DNA of 64,000 nt from Betaproteobacteria bacterium TMED22 (GTDB lineage: Bacteria > Pseudomonadota > Gammaproteobacteria > Burkholderiales > Eutrophovitaceae): positions 30,852 to 94,851 of the forward strand of contig NHCB01000010.1 in assembly GCA_002167745.1 (NCBI GenBank), read 5' to 3'. This document shows, one piece after another, positions 9,687 through 18,926 of the stretch (its first letter is position 1; each line of letters starts with the position of its first letter). A program made the translations under genes and the position numbers. The notes beneath the pieces are model-generated. The model was given only the letters and a program-made list of their open reading frames with translations. It did no database searches and had not been told where the DNA came from.

Positions 9687-10637
9687 TTAATTAGTTGGAA
9701 ATGATGCAAACACCAAAAAGCCGTTAGGCTGAATGATTCCAGATTCAAATGATCCACCCAGACTTTCAATTCTCTCCCTCAAACCCACTAATCCGACACC
9801 ATCGTCACTTTCCGTGTTTTCCTGTATAGAACCATTATCACGCACACTAAGAGTGATTCTTCCATCCACCCCATTACCGTTAACCATAACTGATACTTCA
9901 GTCGCGTCACTATGTTTCACTATGTTCGTCAAAGCCTCTTGAACGAATCTAAAGATAGTTATGTTGGTAGTCTCATCAAGATTTTCATATTTAATGTCTA
10001 TCTTAGACCGCCAAACTATTTTCTCGAAGCGCCTGCGCCAGTCATCAATCATCGTATCTAAGGCTGCTGATAACCCTAACTCATCAAGAGCCACTGGTCG
10101 GAGCTGTTTCAATAACCCCCTCACGCCCGAGAAGAGCTTGCCGGAAACATCAACAATAGACTTGGCTTGCGCGTGCAGTTCAGTCCCCTCCTCAACTGCA
10201 TTCCGAATCGCAACACCGTCAATCATAATCGCATTCATACTTTGCCCGAATTCATCATGCAACTCGCGAGCAATTGAGCGCCGTTCTGCCTCTTGTATTT
10301 CAATATTTTTTCTCGTAAGACGACGGTTCTGATCTAATACAAACGTCAGTTTTTTTTGCGCGTCGATTTGAAGATTTATTTGCTTTCGTAATTGACGAGT
10401 ACGATGCACAAGAACGCCAGCCATCAAAATAAAAATTACCAAAAGTACCAACGGAAGCTCATCCAACTGCCAAGCCTCCATCGAGTCAGTCACACGTGAA
10501 ACTTCCTCACTCAGCTCGAGGTAAGACGCGCCCACAAAAGAAAGGGCTGCTATACCAAAGATGATGAGCATATCTCTCCATACAATGGGTGGTCGCAAGC
10601 CAGTAATTTGCGTTTCTTTTTTTCGATCAAAGAGCAC
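9687..10637 (-). CDS. sensor histidine kinase, HisKA_3 (NarX/LiaS-like) with minimal extracytoplasmic loop
   Basis: Two N-terminal TM helices separated by ~18 aa, H-box ARELHDEFGQ, and ATPase boxes (DNG..., GVGLVGLRERI). GTG start. Confidence 0.8.
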   Translation of the reverse strand: MLFDRKKETQITGLRPPIVWRDMLIIFGIAALSFVGASYLELSEEVSRVTDSMEAWQLDELPLVLLVIFILMAGVLVHRTRQLRKQINLQIDAQKKLTFVLDQNRRLTRKNIEIQEAERRSIARELHDEFGQSMNAIMIDGVAIRNAVEEGTELHAQAKSIVDVSGKLFSGVRGLLKQLRPVALDELGLSAALDTMIDDWRRRFEKIVWRSKIDIKYENLDETTNITIFRFVQEALTNIVKHSDATEVSVMVNGNGVDGRITLSVRDNGSIQENTESDDGVGLVGLRERIESLGGSFESGIIQPNGFLVFASFPTN

Positions 10638-10680
10638 TGTTCTCTATCCTGCGGGTGAGTAGTATTTACTATTCTAGTTT

Positions 10681-10720
10681 AAAAAAAACGGCCGCGAATG
10701 CGGCCGAAATTTTTTATTTA
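10681..10720. terminator. bidirectional rho-independent terminator between the TonB-dependent receptor gene and the kinase gene
   Basis: GC stem CGGCCGC (10689-10695) / GCGGCCG (10700-10706) with a GAAT loop, flanked by A8 upstream and a T-rich run downstream. Confidence 0.8.
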
Positions 10721-10730
10721 TTTTTTCAAC

Positions 10731-13142
10731 TTAAAAGCTTGCGTTAACACCAAAAACTACACTTCGGGGTGCACCAACACCTACAAAGCGGTTATCCGTG
10801 AAACCGGCAAATCCAGGCACTTCATTGGGTTCACCTAATAATCCAAAGCTGTGATACTCCTCGTCCAGCAGGTTATCTACCCGAGCGAAGAGATTGAACG
10901 ATTGATTAAGTTGATATCGACTTCTAATATTCACCGTTTCATAGTCATCAAGACGACCAAGCTGATTGGATTCATCACCACGGACAAATACACCAGAGTT
11001 GTACTGCAAGTCACCGCCGATACTAAGGGCTTGCGTGAATGCATAATCACCACCCAACTTCAAGGTATGCTCTGGGATACCAGGAATAAAATCGCCGGCT
11101 TGTACCTGAATCAGATCATTAGCATCCTTTAGAGTGTGATTGGCACTGGTGACCTGGAAGTTTGACTCAAAGGTCGCCTGGACAAGACTATAATTTAAGA
11201 ACCAGTCGAAGTCGTTCGAATCTCCGGTTAAGCTTAATTCAATACCTTGACGTAGCGTATCACTGACGTTATCGAAAAAACCTTGATTACCTGATACGCC
11301 ACCGGTGTTTTGAAAAATGATGTCGTTATTAATTGGAGTATAAAAAGCCCCGATTTTGAAACGGACGTTCTCAGAGACTGATCCGCGGAAACCACCTTCA
11401 AAACTCTTGGCTACTACCTGATCCAGTGGCGGATCAGCAAGAAATCCATTTGGCAGGCTACAAGGAGCAGTCGGTTCAGCACAGGCCAGTTCAACAGCTG
11501 TAGGTGCCCTAGAGGACTCGCTATAGCTGAAGTAGGAATTTAAACCAGCATCGCTCTTATACGTTAGACCAAATGCCGGATTAACGCGATGAAACTCATG
11601 CTCACCAGTTAATGCTGGACGGGCTGTTGTGAAGCCTCTACCACCCTTATCGGTTAATTTAACATTGGTGTGGTTCCAACGAGTCGAAAACGTCAGATCA
11701 AGTTTATCGGTTGCCGAAAAGGTATCGGTAAAGAATAGCGACATCGTGGAAACCTCGGAGTCCACACCTGTTCCCTCATCGGGAACGAAATTGTTACTGC
11801 CCCGAGTGGATCTGTCCGCGTTCAGCAGAGCTAACTCTTGACTGGAATTAAAGACGACGTCGCCGGAGGTATAACCCGCACCAGCAATCAATTGATTAGG
11901 TTTCTCAAACAGGTCGTTGTAAAAAGCATTTTGCAACGTGAAGCCAAAGTACTTTTGGGTACGGTCACTTCGATTTTGCAATCCGTTTAGGTCATCTGGC
12001 TCAAAACCGGTGTTAGCTTCACTGCTTACAAGCCCGTTTTGATTTTCCACAACTTCACCGCCAATGCCCTCTAGCTGCCCCGACGTTATTCCGCCAGCGC
12101 AGTCCAAACCTTCCAAGTCATCCTCATCAGCTTCAACCAATACTTCGACGCCATCAACAGTACACTCTTCGAATTCCGTCCCGTCACCGTTGAATGTGTC
12201 GGTTTCCGTGCGGCGATAGAAGGCGTTACCGGAAATCTGATGGTCATCATTAAACCAGTGGTCTCCCTGAGCCTGAACCATTATCATTTCATTTAACGTC
12301 TGATCCGGAGAGGTGAAGATACCGTCGTAATCCAGATTCGCGAACTCGATAGGGATTGCCCCATTACCAATGAGATCGGTATTAGCGTAATTCAAGTTCA
12401 AATCCAACGAGGTCGTGTAATCGTCGCGGTAGCTCCAAGCACCGAATAAGTTCAGCGCATCGGATGGCGATGCATCTCGCCACCCCTGTTCATCGAAATG
12501 TTGCACCGTCGCGTAATAACCGAACGTGCCGTCGTTACCACCAGTCTCAAAGGTAAACACGTTGCGATCATGAGTAGACGCATGATAAAGTTCGACATTG
12601 GTCCCACTAAAATTGAATCCATTTTTCGTCTCGATACTGATCGTCCCACCTAATGTATTTAAACCGAAAACGGGGTTGGAACCACCGATCAGATTCATGG
12701 AATGAATAGATCCTTCCGGAATCAGATCCCAGTTAATGGTGTCACCAAACACTTCATTCAAACGCACACCGTTTTGGTAGACTGCTAGCCCCTGTGGCAG
12801 ACCAAGTAGAGGCGAGGCGGTAAAACCGCGATATTGAAGATCTGGTTGTAACGGATTATTTGCTGCCTCATTGATGTTGACGCTATTAAAACTGCGCTCC
12901 ATAAAGTCTGTTATATCTAGGTTAGCTCCTTGATCAAGATCAGAGGCCGAGGAAGACTGAACGTTATAGGGGATTTTTTCCAAAGGCAAGCCAACACCCA
13001 GCGCTGGAGTAACGCTAATCACGTCGACAACAACTGGAGCAATTTCCACGTTAGATGTCTGTCCGGCATCTTGGGCATAGACGTGACCGCAGAACAAGCT
13101 CAATACAGATGCACTAACTATGGGGCGAAGGTCATGCTTCAT
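10731..13142 (-). CDS. TonB-dependent outer-membrane receptor
   Basis: Signal peptide (...GHVYA/QDAG), 803 aa with plug plus beta-barrel sequence character, and a terminal aromatic residue (...GVNASF). Confidence 0.85.
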   Translation of the reverse strand: MKHDLRPIVSASVLSLFCGHVYAQDAGQTSNVEIAPVVVDVISVTPALGVGLPLEKIPYNVQSSSASDLDQGANLDITDFMERSFNSVNINEAANNPLQPDLQYRGFTASPLLGLPQGLAVYQNGVRLNEVFGDTINWDLIPEGSIHSMNLIGGSNPVFGLNTLGGTISIETKNGFNFSGTNVELYHASTHDRNVFTFETGGNDGTFGYYATVQHFDEQGWRDASPSDALNLFGAWSYRDDYTTSLDLNLNYANTDLIGNGAIPIEFANLDYDGIFTSPDQTLNEMIMVQAQGDHWFNDDHQISGNAFYRRTETDTFNGDGTEFEECTVDGVEVLVEADEDDLEGLDCAGGITSGQLEGIGGEVVENQNGLVSSEANTGFEPDDLNGLQNRSDRTQKYFGFTLQNAFYNDLFEKPNQLIAGAGYTSGDVVFNSSQELALLNADRSTRGSNNFVPDEGTGVDSEVSTMSLFFTDTFSATDKLDLTFSTRWNHTNVKLTDKGGRGFTTARPALTGEHEFHRVNPAFGLTYKSDAGLNSYFSYSESSRAPTAVELACAEPTAPCSLPNGFLADPPLDQVVAKSFEGGFRGSVSENVRFKIGAFYTPINNDIIFQNTGGVSGNQGFFDNVSDTLRQGIELSLTGDSNDFDWFLNYSLVQATFESNFQVTSANHTLKDANDLIQVQAGDFIPGIPEHTLKLGGDYAFTQALSIGGDLQYNSGVFVRGDESNQLGRLDDYETVNIRSRYQLNQSFNLFARVDNLLDEEYHSFGLLGEPNEVPGFAGFTDNRFVGVGAPRSVVFGVNASF

Positions 13143-13292
13143 AATATATTCCTCACAAACTTCTACTTAAAGGCAAAGGAAGATACGCATAACGAGCGCA
13201 GGAGTATATGGGAATTATTCCCAAAATGGTTCAAAATGGAAATTGAGTAAATCAGTTAAACTGATTTCACGGCACTAAAACAAAGGGAAAAC

Positions 13293-13997
13293 ATGCCAAA
13301 AGCACTCATTTTTGACGTCTTCGGCACCGTTGTCGACTGGCGCGGCAGCATAACCAGAGAAGTGCGCACACTTGCCGAGCGCAAAGGAATTCGCCTCAAC
13401 GCAGGTAAATTTGCAAATGAATGGCGCTCTGGATATCAACCAGCCATGGATCGGGTGAGAAGAGGCGATTTACCCTGGCTAAATATAGACGCGCTTCATA
13501 GACTGATTCTGAGCGAATTGTCCGCCAAATATCAATTGAACCAATTATCTGAAAAAGAAATGGACGCATTGAACCGTGTATGGCATCGTCTTAAGCCTTG
13601 GCCTGACTCGGTTCGTGGCCTGAAAAAACTGAAGCAAACGTACACTGTCTCCACGTTATCGAATGGAAATTTTTCTTTGTTAAACAATATGGCTAAGCAC
13701 TCTCAACTACCTTGGGACTGCATTATCAGTGCTGAGCTCTTCGGTCATTACAAACCAGACCCCGAAACGTATCTCGGGGCAGCCAAATTATTAGATCTAG
13801 AGCCCGGTCAAGTCATGCTTTGCGCAGCACATAAAGATGATCTGCTTGCCGCTAAGGCTTGCGGTTTAAAAACTGCATTTATTAAACGGCCAAGAGAATT
13901 CCCACCGTCTGTGAATTTGGATCTATCGTTCGACAAAAGATTCGACTTTAATGCCGAGAGTATTGTTGATCTCGCTGACCAACTAAGCTCTGGATAA
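13293..13997 (+). CDS. haloacid dehalogenase type II (HAD superfamily)
   Basis: Nucleophile motif IFDVFGTVVDW and a HAD type II core; 234 aa. Confidence 0.7.
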   Translation: MPKALIFDVFGTVVDWRGSITREVRTLAERKGIRLNAGKFANEWRSGYQPAMDRVRRGDLPWLNIDALHRLILSELSAKYQLNQLSEKEMDALNRVWHRLKPWPDSVRGLKKLKQTYTVSTLSNGNFSLLNNMAKHSQLPWDCIISAELFGHYKPDPETYLGAAKLLDLEPGQVMLCAAHKDDLLAAKACGLKTAFIKRPREFPPSVNLDLSFDKRFDFNAESIVDLADQLSSG

Positions 13998-14017
13998 AAT
14001 AGCAGTGTATCTAACAA

Positions 14018-14683
14018 GTGAATCCAAACTACAAGACTAAAATTTGGGATACTTCAGTTCGAATTTTTCACTGGACCATTACCGTCCTTCTAGGTTATCA
14101 ACTTATTACTGGCTTATCTGAGAACGGCCCCTCTGACCTTCATGTCACCATCGGTTATTGCATATTGGGATTGGTACTCTTCAGAATTTTTTGGGGATTT
14201 TGGGGCAGCATAACCGCTAGATTCTCTAACTTCTTGAAATCACCAATAGCAGTTGTGAAATATGTAACGAGCGAACAGGCTGCCGACTCTGCGCCCGGAC
14301 ACAATCCACTAGGTGGCTATTCGGTTATAGCGATGATTTTATCTCTCGTCATTCAAGTCACAAGCGGTTTATTTTGTGATGATGATCTTCTGCTGTCTGG
14401 TGGGTTGAGTCATCTGGCCTCAGATAGTTTCACCTCGGTCGCAAATCTTATTCATGCCATTAATTCAAAGGTACTATTAATACTGATTTTCATCCACGTA
14501 ACCGCTATCGTTTGGTATCAGTTAGTAAAAAAACAAAATCTAATAAGACCAATGATTGTAGGCTACTCGACCGATAAAAAAGTAAGCCCTGATAAATTTC
14601 AAATCAACGAACACCCTAAACGAGCTTTTATTATCGCGATTTTTTGTGCATTAAGCGTAATTTTCCTAATCTCTTGGCAGTAA
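14018..14683 (+). CDS. cytochrome b561 / Ni-Fe-hydrogenase-type b cytochrome family membrane protein
   Basis: Four predicted TM helices with conserved His positions (IFHWT, LHVTIGY, IHAINS, FIHVTA). GTG start. Confidence 0.65.
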   Translation: MNPNYKTKIWDTSVRIFHWTITVLLGYQLITGLSENGPSDLHVTIGYCILGLVLFRIFWGFWGSITARFSNFLKSPIAVVKYVTSEQAADSAPGHNPLGGYSVIAMILSLVIQVTSGLFCDDDLLLSGGLSHLASDSFTSVANLIHAINSKVLLILIFIHVTAIVWYQLVKKQNLIRPMIVGYSTDKKVSPDKFQINEHPKRAFIIAIFCALSVIFLISWQ

Positions 14684-14715
14684 GCTTAAGCACATCACAA
14701 AAGGATAAAACTGAA

Positions 14716-15162
14716 TTACTTTTTACGATACTCGTCGTGACAGGACTTGCATGTTTTCCCAAGCTTAATTGCTGCTCGTTTAGATGCGTCATAATCGCCA
14801 GATAGGCTGACCACAGAAAGATTAAGAGCCGCCTCTTGCATCAGCTTCATTTTGCCCTCGAAGTCCGCAAAGTTTTCCCATATCTCGAACTTTGACTTGG
14901 TCTGTCCTTCGGAGGACTCAGTCAAAAAGCCCTCTATGGGAGCAAGACTAACGTCTGATATGATCTTTGCCCTTCGAGCAAAATCTTCTTGATCAAAAGG
15001 ACGCTTACCCTTGATCATGTCAACGATAGCTCCGAAATTCCAACCCATAACTGCGAACGCACCTTGACGGTATTTAATCGCTTTCTCAATAGATTGTGCT
15101 GAAGCAACGCCCGTGACGATTAACATCAGCAAGCCCAAAGATCCAAACAAATAGCGTTTCAT
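14716..15162 (-). CDS. cytochrome c' (class II c-type cytochrome)
   Basis: Signal peptide (...GVASA/QS) and a single C-terminal haem site CKSCH. Start moved from TTG 15177 to ATG 15162, which is preceded by a GGGGAGA Shine-Dalgarno. Confidence 0.7.
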   Translation of the reverse strand: MKRYLFGSLGLLMLIVTGVASAQSIEKAIKYRQGAFAVMGWNFGAIVDMIKGKRPFDQEDFARRAKIISDVSLAPIEGFLTESSEGQTKSKFEIWENFADFEGKMKLMQEAALNLSVVSLSGDYDASKRAAIKLGKTCKSCHDEYRKK

Positions 15163-15186
15163 CACATTTCTCCCCAATAAACAAAC

Positions 15187-15220
15187 ACGATGTCGATAAA
15201 TAAACGATGTTGATAAATAA
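15187..15220. repeat. tandem 17-bp direct repeat upstream of the cytochrome c' gene
   Basis: ACGATGTCGATAAATAA (15187-15203) is followed directly by ACGATGTTGATAAATAA (15204-15220), with one mismatch. Confidence 0.8.
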
Positions 15221-15273
15221 ATTTAGATGCTTTAAAAATAAAGCCTACTGTACATTAATCTTCACACAGTCAA

Positions 15274-16347
15274 TCAAAAATGCTCATCTAAGGCCCATGC
15301 AACATGCTCTCTGACCAAAGCTGAATCATGGGATTTCTTCGACTCAAGTGCCCGGATTATTTCCGGCGTCGTTGGCGCATTTCCCAGTGCACACGCTATA
15401 TTACGCAGCCACCTTTCATAGCCAATACGACGAATCGCACTACCCTCGGTAAATTTACCAAACTGCGCTTCGGTCCATGAAAACAGGCTCACCAATGTCT
15501 TACCATCTAGGGGATCTCGAGCATTGAAATCTGTAATAGCCGTCACTGAGGCATACTTGTTCCATGGACAAACAAGCTGACAATCATCACAACCATAAAT
15601 ACGGTTGCCGATCAATTTTCTATACTTTTTTGGAATACTGCCTTTGTGCTCTATTGTCAAATACGAGATGCATTTACGAGCATCCAATTTATAAGGCGCA
15701 ACAATCGCATTTGTTGGGCAAATATCGATGCACCGGTTGCACGTTCCGCAGTGCTCAGTTTCCGGGTTATCAATGGGGAGATCTAAATCTGTGTAAATTT
15801 CACCGAGAAAAAACCAAGATCCGACATCTTTATTGAGTAGCAAAGTATGCTTGCCGCGCCAACCCAAGCCTGACTTAACGCCGAGCTCTACCTCCATAAC
15901 AGGAGCACTATCAGTAAACACACGATACCCAAATGGACCGATAATAGATTTCATCTTGCGAGCAACTTTTTCTAACCGCCCTCTGATCACCTTATGATAA
16001 TCACGGCCCAACGCATAACTTGAGACAAACCCTTTATCAGATGCATTAATGAACTGCATCCCACTCATGCTCTTATCTCGAGTCTGAAAATAATTCATTC
16101 TTAACGTAACAATCCGCTTAACTCCGTTAACGAGCTTGTTCGGATCAATTTTCATATCTAGTCGCTTAGCGATAAAATCCATGTCACCTGCATAACCCTT
16201 GTCGATCCACTCCTTCAGTCGCGGGGCAGATTCGGATAAGTCGCAATTTGCTATTCCTACATCATCGAACCCGCATTCGGCAGCAATAACTTTGATCTGG
16301 GACTTTAGCTGTTCGACTCCTATTTTGGACTCATTCAATGAATTCAT
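15274..16347 (-). CDS. queG: epoxyqueuosine reductase
   Basis: Two 4Fe-4S motifs (CGTCNRCIDICP, CDDCQLVCPWN) with QueG-type N- and C-terminal regions; 357 aa. Confidence 0.85.
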   Translation of the reverse strand: MNSLNESKIGVEQLKSQIKVIAAECGFDDVGIANCDLSESAPRLKEWIDKGYAGDMDFIAKRLDMKIDPNKLVNGVKRIVTLRMNYFQTRDKSMSGMQFINASDKGFVSSYALGRDYHKVIRGRLEKVARKMKSIIGPFGYRVFTDSAPVMEVELGVKSGLGWRGKHTLLLNKDVGSWFFLGEIYTDLDLPIDNPETEHCGTCNRCIDICPTNAIVAPYKLDARKCISYLTIEHKGSIPKKYRKLIGNRIYGCDDCQLVCPWNKYASVTAITDFNARDPLDGKTLVSLFSWTEAQFGKFTEGSAIRRIGYERWLRNIACALGNAPTTPEIIRALESKKSHDSALVREHVAWALDEHF

Positions 16348-16371
16348 AAATCGTAAGCTATTAACCCGGTG

Positions 16372-17025
16372 TTATATCCTGTCGTTTTCAAGCCGTTCTT
16401 CTAAATCCACAATTACCGGTATGAGATGGTCTAAATTTGGATTAATCGCGATAGCTTGTGAGAGATAATTGTAGGCTTTCCTTGCTTGCGAGCGCTCCAT
16501 CCAAATACTCGCACAGCTTTGCATAACTCCGTAATGGTAAGGGTTGAGCTTCAGCGCTACCTCATAATCAGCAAGCGCACGATCAAGGTCATCGAGCCTA
16601 AGCCAAGCATCTCCACGTTTGTTCCAAGCTTCAGAAAAGGATGGCTCGGCCTCGATGACCGCATCAAGATGTACAATCGCCTGCTTTGCCTGTCCACTTT
16701 GTAATGCACCAATTGCCTTAACAAAAAGGCGCTTTGCGGAGAGATTATCAAGTCTGAGCCAAAGACCCGTTATCGCCTGATCCGCCATACCGCGAACTGA
16801 AAAGTTATCATCCCGCAATAATCGAAGCATGTAGGGCACATCTTCATCAACACCTGTTTCCGCCAAACGTGCCAAAGCACCACGTCGCACAGATGGGTCA
16901 AAATCTTTAAGCTCTTCAAGGGCCTGCTCACGCCCAGACTTGGATCCCCAATCTTCAGCCAAAGTCGACTGCCCCAAAGACAAAAACACGCTTGCTAAAA
17001 TTAAAAACTTAAAGACGCAACCCAT
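16372..17025 (-). CDS. exported HEAT-like/TPR repeat protein
   Basis: HEAT-like repeats (DPSVRRGALARL..., LRDDNFSVRG) followed by TPR repeats. The ATG at 17025 gives a clean signal peptide (MGCVFKFLILASVFLSLGQSTLA); the track's GTG at 17064 is the alternative. Confidence 0.6.
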   Translation of the reverse strand: MGCVFKFLILASVFLSLGQSTLAEDWGSKSGREQALEELKDFDPSVRRGALARLAETGVDEDVPYMLRLLRDDNFSVRGMADQAITGLWLRLDNLSAKRLFVKAIGALQSGQAKQAIVHLDAVIEAEPSFSEAWNKRGDAWLRLDDLDRALADYEVALKLNPYHYGVMQSCASIWMERSQARKAYNYLSQAIAINPNLDHLIPVIVDLEERLENDRI

Positions 17026-17133
17026 AGCTTTCGAATCCTTTACAATTTCTGATCGAGCACACACAGTACGCTTGATGCATCAGGGGCTCAAGAACAATAT
17101 TACATTTTAAGAGACATTTTGAATTCATGCTGT

Positions 17134-17149
17134 CTAGGGTATACCCTAG
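17134..17149. promoter_or_regulatory. perfect 16-bp palindrome, candidate operator in a divergent promoter region
   Basis: CTAGGGTATACCCTAG is its own reverse complement. It lies 41 nt upstream of the 17190 start. Confidence 0.35.
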
Positions 17150-17189
17150 CAATATACTTATGCGATTTTTAACTTAATAGGTCTAGTTT

Positions 17190-17534
17190 ATGAGCAATAA
17201 AGTTCCGCTACTACTTAACCCCTTCATTCTCGTAGGCATCTTGCTAGTCCATCCATTATCAGCAGCACCCTACCCACTCGGGACCATGACCTGCGATGAT
17301 ATTGGGGCATTTGCGTCTGAAGCAATGCGGTGGCGTAAAGAGGAAATGATTACCTATGAGGACGCAATGACTCGGTTAGATCAGAGAACATTCGCAGATC
17401 CGGTTGAAAAAAAGAACTTATCGATAGTTGTAGATTACGTTTTTGGAAACTATGGTCGGAATTGGAACGTTGAAAGTGCCGGCAATGTTTTTCGTAGTGA
17501 CTGCAAAAAAGGACGTGATGACCCAATCGAATAA
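17190..17534 (+). CDS. small secreted protein, unknown function
   Basis: 114-aa ORF with a signal-peptide-like N-terminus (...LLVHPLSA/AP) and two Cys. No recognisable family. Confidence 0.4.
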   Translation: MSNKVPLLLNPFILVGILLVHPLSAAPYPLGTMTCDDIGAFASEAMRWRKEEMITYEDAMTRLDQRTFADPVEKKNLSIVVDYVFGNYGRNWNVESAGNVFRSDCKKGRDDPIE

Positions 17535-17625
17535 TTATCGATTGATTGTCCTAAACAAAAGTTCAGATTGATAGAATATAACAAAACACACTAATTACCC
17601 CTTTAAATAAAATGTTTATCAAACA

Positions 17626-18912
17626 ATGTCAGATTACCGCGATTATAAACTAGAGACTCTAGGGCTCCATGCCGGACAAGAACCCGACAGTGATCATGGA
17701 TCCAGAGCTCAGCCTATTCATTTCACAACGTCCTACGTCTTTCCGGATGCTGACACTGCTGCATCACTCTTTAACATGGAGCGTGGCGGGCATGTCTACT
17801 CACGAATCTCAAATCCTACTAATGCCGTTTTAGAGGAACGTATCAGCGCTATGGAAGGCGGTGTCGGCGGCATAGCTACTGCAAGTGGTCAAGCAGCCAT
17901 GCATCTGGCGATCACAACATTAATGGGACAAGGCGGACATATCGTAGCTTCTCAAGCTTTGTATGGTGGATCACATAATCTACTCCAATACACAATGCCC
18001 CGGTTTGGCATTGAGACTACATTTGTCAATTTTAGAGACCTCGATAGCGTAGAGGCAGCGATCAAACCTGAAACAAGACTAATATTCAGTGAAACATTAG
18101 GAAATCCTGGCTTGGACGTTTTAAATATTCCTGCTGTTTCAAAATTAGCGCATAAGCACTCCCTACCTCTTATGGTCGATTCGACGTTTACAACGCCATA
18201 CCTGATTGAACCATTCACTCACGGCGCAGACCTTATTTTCCACTCAGCGACCAAATTTCTTGGAGGACATGGTGTAGCCATCGGGGGAATCCTGATAGAC
18301 AGTGGAAACTTTAATTGGTCGCAAAGCGATAAGTTTCCCACTCTCTCCGAGCCATATAAAGGTTTTCACAATATGGTCTTTACAGAGGAATCACCAGTCG
18401 CCGCGTTTTTACTTAGAGCTAGACGCGAAGGCTTACGTGATTTTGGTGCGTGTATGAGTCCGATGAATGCTTTTCAAATCATGCAAGGAGTAGAAACTCT
18501 CGGTCCTCGTATGCAACGACATATAGAAAATACCCGCTCGGTGGTCGACTTTCTAAATGATCACGAATCCGTGAGCCAAGTTATCTACCCAGAGTTAGCA
18601 GATCATCCAGATCAAAAATTAGCGGCTCAAATTTTGCCTAAAGGATGTGGGGCAGTTTTCACCTTTGAATTAAAAAATGGTCGGCAAGCGGGTCAGAAGT
18701 TTATTGAAAAGCTCAAAATATTCTCTCATCTTGCTAATGTAGGAGACGCTAAATCCCTCGTTATTCACCCGGCCTCTACAACCCACTTTCGAATGAGCGA
18801 CGAGGATTTATTAGCAGCTGGCATACACCCCGGAACAGTCCGACTATCTATCGGACTAGAAAATATCGATGATTTACTAGGGGATCTTAAACAAGCACTG
18901 AAGTCTCGTTAA
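17626..18912 (+). CDS. metY: O-acetylhomoserine sulfhydrylase (Cys/Met-metabolism PLP enzyme)
   Basis: PLP-lysine motif HSATKFLGGHG; MetY-like length (428 aa) and N-terminus (LETLGLHAGQEPD). Confidence 0.8.
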   Translation: MSDYRDYKLETLGLHAGQEPDSDHGSRAQPIHFTTSYVFPDADTAASLFNMERGGHVYSRISNPTNAVLEERISAMEGGVGGIATASGQAAMHLAITTLMGQGGHIVASQALYGGSHNLLQYTMPRFGIETTFVNFRDLDSVEAAIKPETRLIFSETLGNPGLDVLNIPAVSKLAHKHSLPLMVDSTFTTPYLIEPFTHGADLIFHSATKFLGGHGVAIGGILIDSGNFNWSQSDKFPTLSEPYKGFHNMVFTEESPVAAFLLRARREGLRDFGACMSPMNAFQIMQGVETLGPRMQRHIENTRSVVDFLNDHESVSQVIYPELADHPDQKLAAQILPKGCGAVFTFELKNGRQAGQKFIEKLKIFSHLANVGDAKSLVIHPASTTHFRMSDEDLLAAGIHPGTVRLSIGLENIDDLLGDLKQALKSR

Positions 18913-18926
18913 AAGCCGAATTCATC

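Noticed and set aside
17535-17625. Possible SAM riboswitch or leader upstream of metY.
   Set aside because: The spacer is only ~90 nt, very AT-rich, and lacks the paired GC-rich helices expected of SAM-I/II/V-type elements. It was not tested with covariance models.
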